From: Tubiluchus corallicola
Taxonomy: Eukaryota > Animalia > Priapulida
NCBI GenBank assembly: GCA_030141605.1
Contig: JAQGDQ010000141.1
Location: 186,001-250,000, forward strand
Reading direction: 5' to 3'
Length of the DNA: 64,000 nt
The stretch's first letter is position 1, and each line of letters opens with the position of its first letter. Made by a program: the position numbers and the translations under genes. The notes below the pieces were generated by a model. That model searched no databases and was not told where the DNA came from. It was given only the letters and a program-made list of their open reading frames with translations. Of the stretch, positions 12,813 through 25,727 are shown one piece after another.

Positions 12813-13929
12813 ACTGTTAGTAGGTTGAGTAGAAAGCTGAAGCAAGTTCAGTTTACATAAATTTCGAAAAAAACGTTAGAACGTTAGTAGATTAGTTTAT
12901 CTTGTCAGTAACATTACATTGCTAGTTACGTTTTTGGGGGCAGAAAGTTTTTTTGGGACTTAGAACTTCCCTCTTCTTCCTTTTTTTAAGTTTTCAATTT
13001 TTATAACTCATTTGCTCTACAGTCTACATCTGGTTAAGACTAACCAATATCTTTTCTATTACTGATTTTCTTTTCAATTACGATGTTCACTTATGATTAA
13101 AGTTATTATACGTGTGTATTTTATTTTTTATATATATATATATATTTTTTTGTTCTTCGTGTTAATTCTAAAGCTTATTCACTACGGGGTATGACAATTA
13201 AACTGCTCACTTATAATTTAAACCGTCTTTTAAAGTATCTTGGGATGCAGTGTTTATCGTTGAAATCTTTACTTCAAAGGTTTGATAATTGCATGGCCGA
13301 TGCTTTCATTTCCAAGCCTTGATTACGCGAGGAGCTGTTTGTACTTTGTGGCTCTGCTTAAGCTCGACTTGTTGATCGGATCGCATGAGCGTTGCTTTTG
13401 TAGTGTTTCTTGTTGCTAATTGCGTTACTGAAATCTCACGAAGTTATTAAAAGTTGTGGAAGCCACTGGTTAATATGAGATGCGATTCCTGGCTACCCAC
13501 AGATGGGTGGCTTAAGATCTTTAATCTTCTTCATAAATATGGGCATGGCTTGGTTTACAGCTGCGAAGATCAAGAGATTTCTATATATAGTGTAACGGTT
13601 TAGGTTTTTTAAGTTGTTGTGACCTCAGTGTCATCTTTGTAATTGATATGACTGCTGTCTCTATCTAATTGTAATAAAAAACATTCTAGATATGTAGACG
13701 TTCAAAAAATGTAAAATGGCTTCAAAAGCATTTAAAATCCACGGCGAAAAATAACACTCGCACACCCGCATTAGAAATACAGGTGTCTGACAAGTCTATT
13801 TACAGTTTCAGAAATTTATTGCAAGTTTAGCGTCAGCGACAAACATTCCGTACACCATAACGACCTTGAATAACTTTTCAAAATTGTACATATAAACATA
13901 CTTGTAAGCACGCTGTACATACACACTTA

Positions 13930-14450
13930 ACCATAAGCCACTACACACTGTTTGTCCCAAGTAAAAATATGTTACATTCTATCGTCATACACCACTATAC
14001 ATTGTTTGTCCCTAATAAAAACACGTTACACTGTATCATCATACACCACTATACATTTTTTGTCCCTAATAAAAACATATTACACTGTATCGCCATACAC
14101 CACTGTACATTTTTTGTCCCTAATAAAAATATGTTACACTGTATCGCCATACACCACTGTACATTTTTTTGTCCCCAATAAAAACATGTTACACTGTATC
14201 GCCATACACCACTATACATTTTTTGTCCCTAATAAAAACATGTTACACTGTATCGCCATACACCACTATACATTTTTTGTCCCTAATAAAAACATGTTAC
14301 ACTGTATCGCCATACACCACTATACATTTTTTGTCCCTAATAAAAACATGTTACACTGTATCGCCATACACCACTATACATTTTTGTCCCTAATAAAAAC
14401 GTTACACTGTATCGCCATACACCACTATAGATTGTTTGCCTCTAACAAAA
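13930..14450. repeat. 54-bp minisatellite, about 9.5 copies
   Basis: Unit atgttacactgtatcgccatacaccactatacattttttgtccctaataaaaac; central copies nearly identical, edge copies degenerate. Confidence 0.95.
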
Positions 14451-15865
14451 ACATAGAACAAAAGACATTAGGACAGACAATATCTGTTTCCATGCACGAT
14501 AATTTAATGTTGTTTACGGCTGCACCCCTTCATAGTTTGTATTGAGCTCTGCTATGTATAAACGTTAATATAGCATTAGTTAGGTGGGGATTCCCGAGTT
14601 ATTACGTTGCGTTTTCTATCTAGGCGTCTAAGCACTTAATGCAGGAAGCCTTCGCCCAAGCTTGGCGCAGACCTCGGCTGATTCATCGCCCTCATTGCCT
14701 TAATAATCACGTGCTCTGTTTTGTTTTTACCAACGAAGAGAAATGGCTTCATATGAAAATCTACTCTTCTGCTGTATAGCAAAATCGTGAGAACAATGAT
14801 GTGGAAGATTGAAGAATGGAAAATATTGATCATTGTTAGGTTCATCAAGCTTTAAATTTAACCAACAACCTTTCTCAGATTAACTCGGTTTTCTTCATAT
14901 TTTTTACAGAATCAACTATTTTAGTACACACGTGCTTGCTATGAACTTTAGTCTGTTTACCATATACCGGTAACATGCAAGTTAATTCGTTGCAACATAA
15001 TACGAAAACGAAATAGTTAATGTTGGCAACAGTGGCTTAAGAATGACAACGGGCAAACAACAAATTTTTCGTGTACCGGCTAAATGATGAAAAAAATAAA
15101 ATGATATTTTCATAAAAAGAAATCTCGAAATTTTTCCATACCGCCAAATTATGTGCCCGAAATCCGAGCATTTTTTATCACGGGGGGGGGGGGGGATGAG
15201 GCAATTCCCGGTTCGAAGTTGACTCTAGAAAAATCGGCCGTACGTCTATGATGTGCATTTAATGCTCTACACGTCACGTGGTGTGCTAGTGCTTTGTAAG
15301 ATGAAACATAAAACCAAGTATGTTTTGTGTGCACACATGGTACATTAAATATAAAGATCTTGCCCTACCGGCCAAGCATAACGTTGACACTAGTGCAACC
15401 ACCGTCCACCAATAACGTCAGTATTCCCTAATGCAAAAGCACACTACGACGCACGTAAAGTGCTGATCTAATGCTAGGTAGTGAGTAGCCACTCAGACTA
15501 ACGCAGTTTTAGGCAAGTAAAGTTGAAGTATGTACTCACTAATAATGGCCAGGGATATTTGCTAAATGTAAGATCAATATTTTCTACCCAGAGACAACAG
15601 CTGCTGCTATTTCCAAGAACCAAGATCATCTTGCTTATTTCCGGTTACTGCGTCTCTAGCGTGATGGTCAGTAAATTGGAATTATGCAAATGACAGTGAA
15701 TGACAGTGCATGAAGCTCTTATAGCTTTTGGCGGTCAGTGTCTGACAGACTACATAGGCTCTGATCGCACTGATTGTCAAGCTTTTTAACATGCACAACG
15801 TTAACTTGCCGTTTGCATCTTTGATCCTCGGCAGGGTGTGAAATTATTATTTTTTCTACATTCAT

Positions 15866-15949
15866 ATCCCTAAAGTCACTAACAATTAAATGCATAGGCG
15901 CTGTGAAATCCCTAAAGTCACTAACAATTAAATGCATAGGCGCTGTGAA
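15866..15949. repeat. Perfect 42-bp tandem duplication
   Basis: atccctaaagtcactaacaattaaatgcataggcgctgtgaa occurs twice. Confidence 0.9.
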
Positions 15950-17034
15950 AAAAGAGGCAGAATTGGCTCTTAAGCTTTGACGGACTGGCTGGCCAACTGG
16001 CCGACTGACTGACTATCTAACTCCGATACACACTGAACTGAAAGTATTATTAGGTAGATTTTCTAAACTTTGGTGGTGACTTCCTCCCTAGTTTCACTTG
16101 GAATTTTCTACTCCTGTCCTGGCTGGCACGTTTCTTAGTTGCGCCCCAAAATTTTTTCTTCACATTTCATTTGTTTTCAATCTCTCATCCGTAGCCGGGC
16201 TGCCGGGTCGATGAACTTTAGGAGACTAGAGGGCACTTAGAGGAGGTGCTCTAATGCCCTCACATTAAGCCACTATGGTCAAAAGTTTTATTTTGATAAT
16301 TTTTACCTTGTGACTTGACTGTTTACCTTGGCTTCCATTTCTATAAAACTTTCCAGATCTTGTGCAGACCAATACCTATGCCGAGTTTGATGATTGCAGC
16401 TTCATCCATTTTGATTTTAGTGTGCAGACAGACATACAAACAGAGAGATAGACAAACACGAGCAAACATCCCAACCTCGCAATGACTATCCTTTTCAAAG
16501 ACCCAAACATTGTTCTACCTTATCGTACTTTACCATTCCACCAAGCTATTGTATTCTTTTAAAAACATGAAAAGTATTTAGTGAGAAACTTTCGTGTCCA
16601 TTATTCCTAAAACATCCACGATTTTTGTGGTGCTTCAAATGTCACATCTCTGTAATTTCACATATAGAAGCCGTTCGAAAGCGCATGCTTAACTGTTATT
16701 CGTGTTGGAAGGCATTGCTTCAGCAGGGTTCAAGAGGTTGTTGGCAATTCTGGAATACTCGTAGTGATTTGACTGACTTCATTTGGAAATCAATAGCGGA
16801 TTGACGTCCTTTCCATAATTGTAGGAGTGTGTTGACAATTGAGGCTTCGTCATGCCAGACGAACGTGATGAACAAATTAAAGATATCACCAGCGATGTGA
16901 ATCTATAGCCAGTCTATGAAGCAGAAACTTAATGAGCCTGACCTTTCATTATGTCATCAGCATAAACTTGTTGCGTTTAACTGGTTTAGAATTAACCACA
17001 GTAGTTGGGCTTGATCAAATTTGAACTCCATATA

Positions 17035-17520
17035 CCAGGTGGCGCAAAAAATGATTGATCATCTATATTACAAGAAGAACCAAATCGCTTGAGAATTATC
17101 AGGTTGATGTTACGGACGTTTATGAGTAAACGCCAAAAATCTTTGGTCGTTCCCTTAGATTAAATTCCAGATACCGTATTCCAGAGAATTAACACCCATT
17201 TTTTCTTGGTTGCAAATCTTTATCGGTGCTTTGTTTTCTGCAATGAAGACATGTTGTAAACTGGTTCATTTATTTATTGTTTTGTTGCCATGTATTGAGT
17301 ACTTTCTATGTCATTGTGGCTGTTTTTCAGTTGATGATTATGTAGCCAAAATTGTTTGATGCAAAAGTTTTTTAGCCATAACTTAAAAACCTCTAAAATG
17401 ATAAATCTGTAACTTTCACTGCTAAACGTAAATGTATTGTAATATCATACTGTGAAATTTCAACTTTGTAGGGCTCTTCGTTCTAATATTATTGTACGAC
17501 ATTTTTTCTGCGCCATCTGA
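17035..17520. mobile_element. Tc1/mariner-like MITE
   Basis: ta-ccaggtggcgcaaaaaatg versus cattttttctgcgccatctga-ta: imperfect TIRs flanked by TA. Confidence 0.65.
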
Positions 17521-20382
17521 TATATGTAAAGGCCAGCCATCAGTGCAGTGCGCAGTTTTTAATCTCCATGGAGCAATGAAATCGAATTGTCCAAATGGAA
17601 AAATTGTGTATTTTTAGTAGAACTTTGAATTTCTCGCTTGATTGAAATCAATCGCGAAATGACCATTTTGTTGGTTTCAGAACATTCAACGTATTGAAAT
17701 CGATGCTGCACTGTAACTTAATTTTTCTGCCTGCTGCTTATCAAGCTTGTTCTATTTGCACAAGTTATCGTCATTTTATCAGTTTGAGTAGCAAGGCAAA
17801 ATAACACAGCGACCTGTTTGGTAAGCTTAACCAAAGTGAGAATCAATGTGTGCAGCTTTTGCCAACTTGCAAAGGTCATGCATTTGGTTGCAGATTTGTG
17901 AATTTGTAAATATTCGATCTCTGTTCTGTTTACTGTGTTGTTTTCTTTGCTGGCTTTCTAGAATTTCCCAGTTTTTGCAAACCTTAAGGCGCTCTTTACA
18001 AGTTAAGGTGGCCTGTTTACAAACAAGGCAGAAAAGCTAGAATTTAAGTCACGAACTGGTAAATTATTCATTTATCATGCTGGGAAGGCATTAATCCTTC
18101 CTTAATGGAGCTTATTTTATCGTTAATTGTCTCTTACATCGTTAATAATGCGGTCCATACGGTCATTTAAACACTGTCATTCTCGAGTTTGTCACGACCG
18201 TGTGGACGCTGAGAGTGATAGTGAAATTTGACTGTCATTCAAGTTTGACGATATCAAGCTGGATTTGATTTTCGTCAGTGTCGGTCATCACTCTCGGAAT
18301 GAACAACCCGTTTGTAGCGGGTGAGTAACGGGCCGCTGTCACTAAAAACAATGAAATATTAAAAAAGGCGACTGCATAAATTTCTTGTAGCTGCATGAGT
18401 GCAGAAATTCCCATGGGTGACTGTACGTAAGTTTTACAGACTTGTACAAGAAAATGTACGCGAACTTGGAGCTCGTACTGGGGCGACTAACCTGCAAAAG
18501 TGCAAGCTATGGTGCCTTGACGACCTACTCTTTTTGCATTATTTTGACGTGAAAATTTGTAATCAAAAATAATTGGTGTTATCCGAATATAATTTAAAAA
18601 TTCATTTGCGTTTCTACTTTTAATTCCCGAAAAATTTTATAATAACTTCGTGTTTTATTTCTTTGCCGAGGTTCCTTTTTTCTTTGATTTCACATTGCCT
18701 TTGCAGCACATGTTAAAACAAAGCTCGTTTTCATACAACCCATTTTGGCACCATTTTAGAAATGAAGAATAGAAGTTAGAGAACAGTTGTGTGCAAAGTA
18801 ACTGTTAATGAAAACTGATCGCTTGGATAGAGTTCAGTGTTTTGAATGTCATTCTTTGAATGTTGTCAGTCTCACCCAATCACTTTTGTGACTACGAGTT
18901 AGACTGTGTGTGGCTCGTACGTGTCCCAGACTCATCACTTCTTATCAGCATTAATTGTATTCACATTCTGACTTTTGTGAGTGCCTTTAGTCTTTATGTG
19001 GCTAAATTACCTACATAAAATACAGCAAATGAAATCATTTTAAACTGTGTGAATAATAATTTAAACAATTATTATTATTGTTGTTGTTGTCGTCGTCGTC
19101 GTCGTATACATGTGCCATCTATTTGCAGGGCTATAACAGTTAATAATATTTACATGTCATTTTAAACAACTTACAAATTACAATTTAGCTATGCTAGCAT
19201 TTATTATAATTACCTGCTTAACTTGATATCAGTTACCTAAAATTGATTAATCCAGTCAGGTTAGTGACAAAATAAAATTATCTAACAAAATATTAGCAAA
19301 ATTAATTAAATGCAAAAGTTTTTTCTTTTAACGCCATTTACAAATTCACATATAAACAACAGATGATGTGGGATTTGCCTCCGTTCTAAACACTGGCACA
19401 TGTTATTTTCTGCATACACAATATTGAATAGGAAATTGAGAGTTACATGTAAGCGTGTGACTTCCTACATTTATTGTATGAGGACCATTTTTACTGAAAA
19501 TAGAAAACACATTGGCTAACTTGTGGAAGTCTGGTTCTTGGGAATTATGTCACCAGCGTGTAACAGGCATCTTCTAAAAGCGTGTTACACAGTATGTAGA
19601 CTTTTGAGGAATGTTATATTTTGCTCCTTGAATATGGCGGAGCATTGTAACTTCTGCAAAATATTGTAACTTTTAAAAGTCATTAAGGCGTTTTAACTGC
19701 GCAAGATGGCCTGAATCTATACGGCCACTGTGCATTATTATTTCACGTCCTGTGAATGGGACGTTTACCGGTTCTGGGATTATCCCGATGCTACTTCCGG
19801 TCGAGACTTGCGAGGGCAACCATGCAAGAATCTTTTATCTTCCTTCTTAATCATTTTCCTTGGTGTATTTGCTTTAGTTTTCAGTTTAATTCCACTTCAT
19901 CGCGCCTCATTGCGTTTTCTTTCGCTCGTTTAATAAGGATTTTTAATACCATCTTGGCGGTTACGACTAAAACCGAGTTTTGATTTATTATTACGCAGTC
20001 TTCACATTCTGCAAACTCCTTAGTTATTTAATCTCAGCTTCCAAAACTTCATCAATTGTTTGCCTACTGAAAATCTTTTCGCGTGCTGGGCTTAAGTGCT
20101 TTACATTGAATTGACGCAAATTAAAAATTGATGTGCGAGAATAAGCAGAGCTTTGCAACTTTGCAAGGATAAGTACATTGAATTTTCTTATCGAAATCAA
20201 TAATCGGCTGGTGGTGAGTCAATATTTTGCTACCTGACGGTGTTATCGAGTAATTACGTAAAGTGCTAAATGGAAAATTGATGTGTGCCAACTTGCTAAA
20301 AACTCATTTCTACTCATAGATTTTAATACAAAGAGCTCTACTAATGCCCGCCCACTCGCTGCCCAGCAGGAGCACTAGAAGC

Positions 20383-20737
20383 TTAAACAGGAAGAAAACA
20401 AAGCTTAAAAAATTCGTCTTGAAATTTTATATCACTAACATCTGTCTTATTTCGCACAGAACCTGCGTTAGCAGTAACGCTGTATAAACCTTATAAATTT
20501 AAACTCCCGGGATGACTGTTGGGCGCAGCCATTTTGAGGGTAGCCATTTGAAATGGCACACTGAAATGACAAAGCTGTGCTGTTTTGCCAGGAGGCCCGA
20601 ATATTTTAAATTATTAAGAATTTTCTTTTCTAATTGCACAAGTCTTTCAAACAGGTAAGCGTAATGCAAACTAATATAACTTTCTGTGTGAAGTTTTTTT
20701 AGGACATCCTTTAAAATAACCCTTTCTCCCTCTTTAA
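20383..20737 (-). mobile_element. Kolobok-like family B relative (partial or variant)
   Basis: aagcttaaaaaattcgtcttgaaattttatatcact ... tttaaactcccgggatgac ... gcgcagccattttga aligns with 38974-39120; ends ctccctct-ttaa. Confidence 0.6.
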
Positions 20738-20917
20738 CTGATCAATCATCCATTAAAATAACTATTTGACTAAATTACTGTTTGGTTATTAGTTCTTCTT
20801 TCCTTTAATTTCAATACACGCAAACCCAACAGCAATTTCTGTAAAGAACACATTAATAGATTTGGTCATAAATTGATAAAGACTAAACGAATTCTGTTTA
20901 AGCTGTTTAAGCAAAAC

Positions 20918-21529
20918 TTAAAGTAAAACCGGACCCAATCTTAAACTATTGCTCGAAATAATCTACCCTATAAAATATTGAAAGGTTTTTCCAAGAATAA
21001 CCCGCGTGAAATAATTATTACCCGCAGTGACGTAATTTTCTGCTCATGCCACTAGTACTTCGCTGTTACATGTATGCATTTCGCCATTTGCTAGTTAGAT
21101 GGGCATTAATGTCTGCATTTCGGAAACGGGTTGCATAAAAAACAGGTGCTGCACCTCTCACTTCAGAAGCGTTCAGTTGTGACGTAGTGCATACGTGAAA
21201 ACTCATGCATGACCACAGCAATAAACTTGAAATTTGAATTTCAAACTTAAAATTTGTCGAGTTCTTGTATATCACATTGAATATTCAGTAGCACTGTACT
21301 TTCGCTTTCGCAATCACGTGCAACATGCTCATGGGAACGTTTTTGCTGTTGAAAATTATGTTCATTTGTGTTGTGATCACTAACTGGGCTCGCCCGCCGT
21401 TAATTAAGTTGCTTAATTTATTATTCAATTACCAGAAACGCTTTGGCATTACTATAGGTCTTAAAATTTATATTTTTACCGTAGTTCAAATTGGAATAGG
21501 ATATAAAATATCATCCTGTTTTCCTTTAA
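20918..21529 (-). mobile_element. Kolobok-like family A, copy 3 (inverted)
   Basis: ttaa-agtaaaaccggac ... atcctgttttcct-ttaa form imperfect TIRs with TTAA at both ends; the interior is the reverse complement of copies 1 and 2. Confidence 0.8.
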
Positions 21530-23914
21530 AACTTTGGCATTGCACTTTACTACGGCGCATGTTTGTACCGCACGTTGATCTTAATTTGTTGTTCTTTATG
21601 CATGCTTAGTTAGGAAAAGCTTGATTAAAAATTTTAGAAGTGGTTTATGAGTAAATTAGAAGTTACTGATGTGACGAACAACCATAAATCGCACGGTGGC
21701 GCTAAGCACACATATTTACAGTCGCTGTAGTTGTCATAGTAAAGCTTTAGGTATTTTAGTTTCATGATCTCTTCTTGGCTTCAAGAAAAAAAACGAATAT
21801 TCAAGCATGCCAGGTTACGCAGAAGGCTGTAGAGTTCAGACTCTAGACAAAGACGGATGTATTTTGATTTTACTGTAGCGGCATTTCGATTAACCTCTAA
21901 CCAGAATCAATTTAGAATTTAGATTTTATTAAGCAGATTTTTAGGCCTTATTCGGAGCTCCCGACTAAACATAAAATCGTAAGTTTTATTGCGCATATAC
22001 AGTTGATACTGTATCTTTCGCAAAGTGTACAATGCATGTTCGTTCTGCCTTCAGACAATTCCAAAGTTCTAAAATGTTGTTTATCAGTTTAACAATCCGG
22101 TACCAAACCTCAGGTGCAATAGCTGAGGTGTGTAGCCTTGAGTAAACTTGAACTGTAGCGTCATTATTGTGGCTTACAATAATACCACTGCCATCCTATA
22201 TATAGATGATGGTCAAATTTTGGAGCCAGTGTCTTTGCAGTCCGCTTGCTTACGTTTATGTTTAGGCCCGTCTCTTGTACCTGATGGCGTGAGTGGTAAC
22301 CTAATGAAAAAGCTGTAAGTTATATAAGTAAATCTACCGTGAGCAGAAACTAGAAAACATTAAAAGAAAATTAATATGAAACAAAGCTGCAGAAACAAAA
22401 ATAAATTGGACGAGGTAGTTTTACGTTATTTTTATCTTTAGCTTTTGACCAAGCTTTAGATAAATATTTTTGATTGTGTTCTGATCCTTAAGTTTCTAGA
22501 CGCTACACTGGTAGAAGTCCAACAGACACTAATATACTGTAAACACTAAACTTTGCTGAATCATTTTCTTGGAGGCTTTAATAAACTCTGTTCTTTATTG
22601 CTTTAATATTGTAAGCTGTTTTGTTCGATATCCGTCGCCAGAATTGGTGTATGCATATATTATTTAAATACTTTTATGGGCAAGTATTGATGTATTGAGC
22701 ACTATGAGCAGCTGCTGTCGAGTTAAAACAGGGCGCTAGAGATTTTTCATTTATAGTCGAACTAAACCCTCACTGTAATAGAAGCTTTTACATTACAACA
22801 TAGAATCCTACTCTCATGACGAATATTATTTATTTTATGATAGACTTACTGTGAAACTTGCTTCTTTTGATTTTTTGTCACTTCGTTGTTAGCGGTATTA
22901 AATTTGAAGAACCGCCATTTTTCGTTGCGCGAGACAAATGACGTCATGAGGTCACCAAAGATTGGTAAACAAACATCGGTAACCAACGACGCTTTCTGTA
23001 CCTTGTACGCCACTCCCGCTTAAGACCCGAAACATGGCCACCTTTACGGGTTCAAAATTTTCCAGAAAAAGGTAAATTATTTAATTGAACGGTTTCTTTT
23101 CTTTAATAATCACTATGAATCGTAATTAATCAGTGTAGAAGTTGTGAAACCAATAATGGTATTTCCCTATCATCGCAGCAAATTTTTCACAGTAATACAT
23201 TATGGTGCATTCTGTTAGTGATTCGCTGAAGCCTAACAGGGAGAAGTAGCATCGGCTACCGGAGTGATAAACAGTGATAATAAACATTTCCGAGCCAGAG
23301 TTTCAGTCTATCTTTCCCATCGTAAGACTGTAGATTGAACTAGATATACATTTGCAGATAAATGTGAACATTGTATATATTTATGTAGGTTATATATGTA
23401 CAGACTTCAGTATTCACTAGAACTTGTTACTTTTTTACACTATTAGCGATCTTTGTTTTTGTCTTACGTAAACATCTTTGAGCTCTTGAGTTATCACTGA
23501 AGTGTTGTTTGTTTACTAAGTTTAACTTCCAAAGTTCCAGTGTATTTAATGAAATCGTTTCGGATGAACTACCTTTGACTGAACCGTGTGAATACTGCTG
23601 TGCTTTCCCATTAACACACGGCAGGGTGTTGCTAATTGAATTTGCTGTAACAGTACCAATGAAATAATTCTTAACAAATAAGTTAAATAGGGCAATTTAA
23701 TAAGTACAAACACAAACAACTGGCTACTGACTTGAGAGCAAATTAGAACGTCCCATGTTATTAGTATACTTTTGTTACTTATGTTTTTGTGTTTTTTTCT
23801 TTTCTGTGTGCGCACAATTATGACTGCGTTTAAATCGCCTATATTATTAAAAAGTGTTTAGTACTTTTTGTGCTTTTTGCCTCATTCCTTTCACTTGAAG
23901 AAAATGTACTCAAT

Positions 23915-24680
23915 TTCTTTACTGTAAGCTAAAGAGTCTGTGATGGTTTAGACTTTATTCCCTGAAGATAATATACTAGACTTCTTTACTATGTAGGCTA
24001 AAGAGTCTGTGATGGTTTAGACTTTATTCCCTTCACCTGAAGATAATATACTAGACTTCTTTACTATGTAGGCTGAAGAGTCTGTGATGGTTTACACTTT
24101 ATTCCCCTTACCTGAAGATAATATACTAGACTTCTTTACTATGTAGGCTGAAGAGTCTATGATGGTTTTCACTTTATTCCTCTTACCTGAAGATAATATA
24201 CTAGACTTCTTTACTATGTAGGCTGAAGAGTCTGTGATGGTTTACACTTTATTCCCTTCACCTGAAGATAATATACTAGACTTCTTTACTGTAGGCTGAA
24301 GAGTCTGTGATGGTTTACACTTTATTCCCTTCACCTGAAGATAATATACTAGACTTCTTTACTGTAGGCTGAAGAATCTGTGATGGTTTACCTGAAGAGT
24401 CTGTGATGGTTTACACTTTATTCCCTTCACCTGAAGATAATATACTAAACTTCTTTACTGTAATCTGAAGAGTCTGTGATAGTTTACACTTTATTCCCTT
24501 CACCTGAAGATAATATTCTAGACTTCTTTACTGTAGGCTGAAGAGTCTGACACACACCCCACAAAAAAACAACCACACAAAACAACAACCACACAAACAC
24601 AACTTCATTCTCTTCCCCTGAAGATAATATACTAAACTTCTTTACTGTTGGCTAAAGAGTTTGTGATGGTTTAGACTGTA
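23915..24680. repeat. 73-75-bp minisatellite, about 9-10 copies, with a CA-rich interruption near 24550-24610
   Basis: Unit gtaggctgaagagtctgtgatggtttacactttattcccttcacctgaagataatatactagacttctttact(at). Confidence 0.95.
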
Positions 24681-25673
24681 AAGTACAGTGTAATAGACAA
24701 ATTCTCCGAAAGTACACTTCAAAACAAGAAATAAATTTCGCAGCGTGTTGATCTGTTAGTGTTATAATCCTGGAAACAATATTAGTACAATGTTTCTGTG
24801 GTGCTGATTGTCTACCCTCTATTTGGTCCGATATGTAATGCACATTGTCTCTATGTTTCATGCAATAGGTCATATAACTTTAAAACTACACTACTCATAC
24901 TGTTACAGGTAAGATTGAGTTATCACGTATAATTTGCTATATAGACTTAAACTGTGATGCAATTGTAGCTATGAATTTCACAGATTTGAGTAACTGATTG
25001 CGTCTTTAATATTACATTTTCTTGCCTTCTTTATAATGCATTATAAATAATTTATTATTTGAGTAAGCGTACATTTTAAGTCAACAGAAAGTCCGTTATT
25101 GGGTTAATGTTTACAAATAAGTCATTGCTCCCACTTTATTACTATAATGCTCTTACACGTATCGATCTGTACGCTATATAAAGTACAGTGAAGGTAATTC
25201 GAATATTTGTCCCCAACCCTCTCTCAGCTGTTGCAGCTGTCGCAATACTCTTGTGTTTATGCTCGTGCGCATTCGAGCGAACGAAAAGAGGTCACATTTG
25301 GGGGGGGGGGGGCTCGGCGGTGTTTGGAACAGTCTGGTGTTCGTGAGTCAACACTTGAGTTGTTGTTGATCTATTTCAGCTAGGCTGCCAGCCGTCTTGG
25401 CTGTGGCTTTAGTGAGCATTGATCTGTTTATCATTTTGGTGAACCAGGCCTGGGTGTATGTGTGCTTCAGTTCAAGTCCTTGCTTCGGTTACTGGATCGT
25501 AAATTCCCTGACCTTGTGAATTTGTACGTTCACCAAGATTTTCTGGCGCTGTTGCTTACTGCATCTTTGCGTATCGGATTACACTACGCATTTTCTGTGA
25601 AAACATACCAGTGGTGGTGCTGCAAACTCATATTTTAATCCTTCGTTAATATTGAATTGATTCAGCCTTCGTT

Positions 25674-25727
25674 ATGATAGCCAGTGATTTGGACTTGCCT
25701 AGGCAATCTCTACGTACTTACGTACAG
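25674..25727 (+). CDS. PRKAG2: Candidate first coding exon of the longest AMPK-gamma isoform (MIASDLDLPRQSLRTYVQ)
   Basis: ATG followed by an open 18 codons to CAG|gtattc (phase 0), matching the phase-0 acceptor at 32190. It ends a GC-richer block downstream of tatataaa (25175) and is followed by AT-rich intron-like DNA. The donor is weak. Confidence 0.4.

Noticed and set aside
13952-14545. 197-aa repetitive ORF
   Set aside because: Translation of a 54-bp repeat that is open in several frames; no coding evidence.
16290-16480. Possible Helitron/SINE-like relic with gacagaca tail
   Set aside because: Only a general resemblance; no second copy or defined termini in the window.
18396-23075. Short ATG-to-donor segments (MSAEIPMGDC at 18396, MATFTGSKFSRK at about 23034)
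   Set aside because: Both donors are phase 2 and do not fit the phase-0 acceptor at 32190; no bridging exon found.
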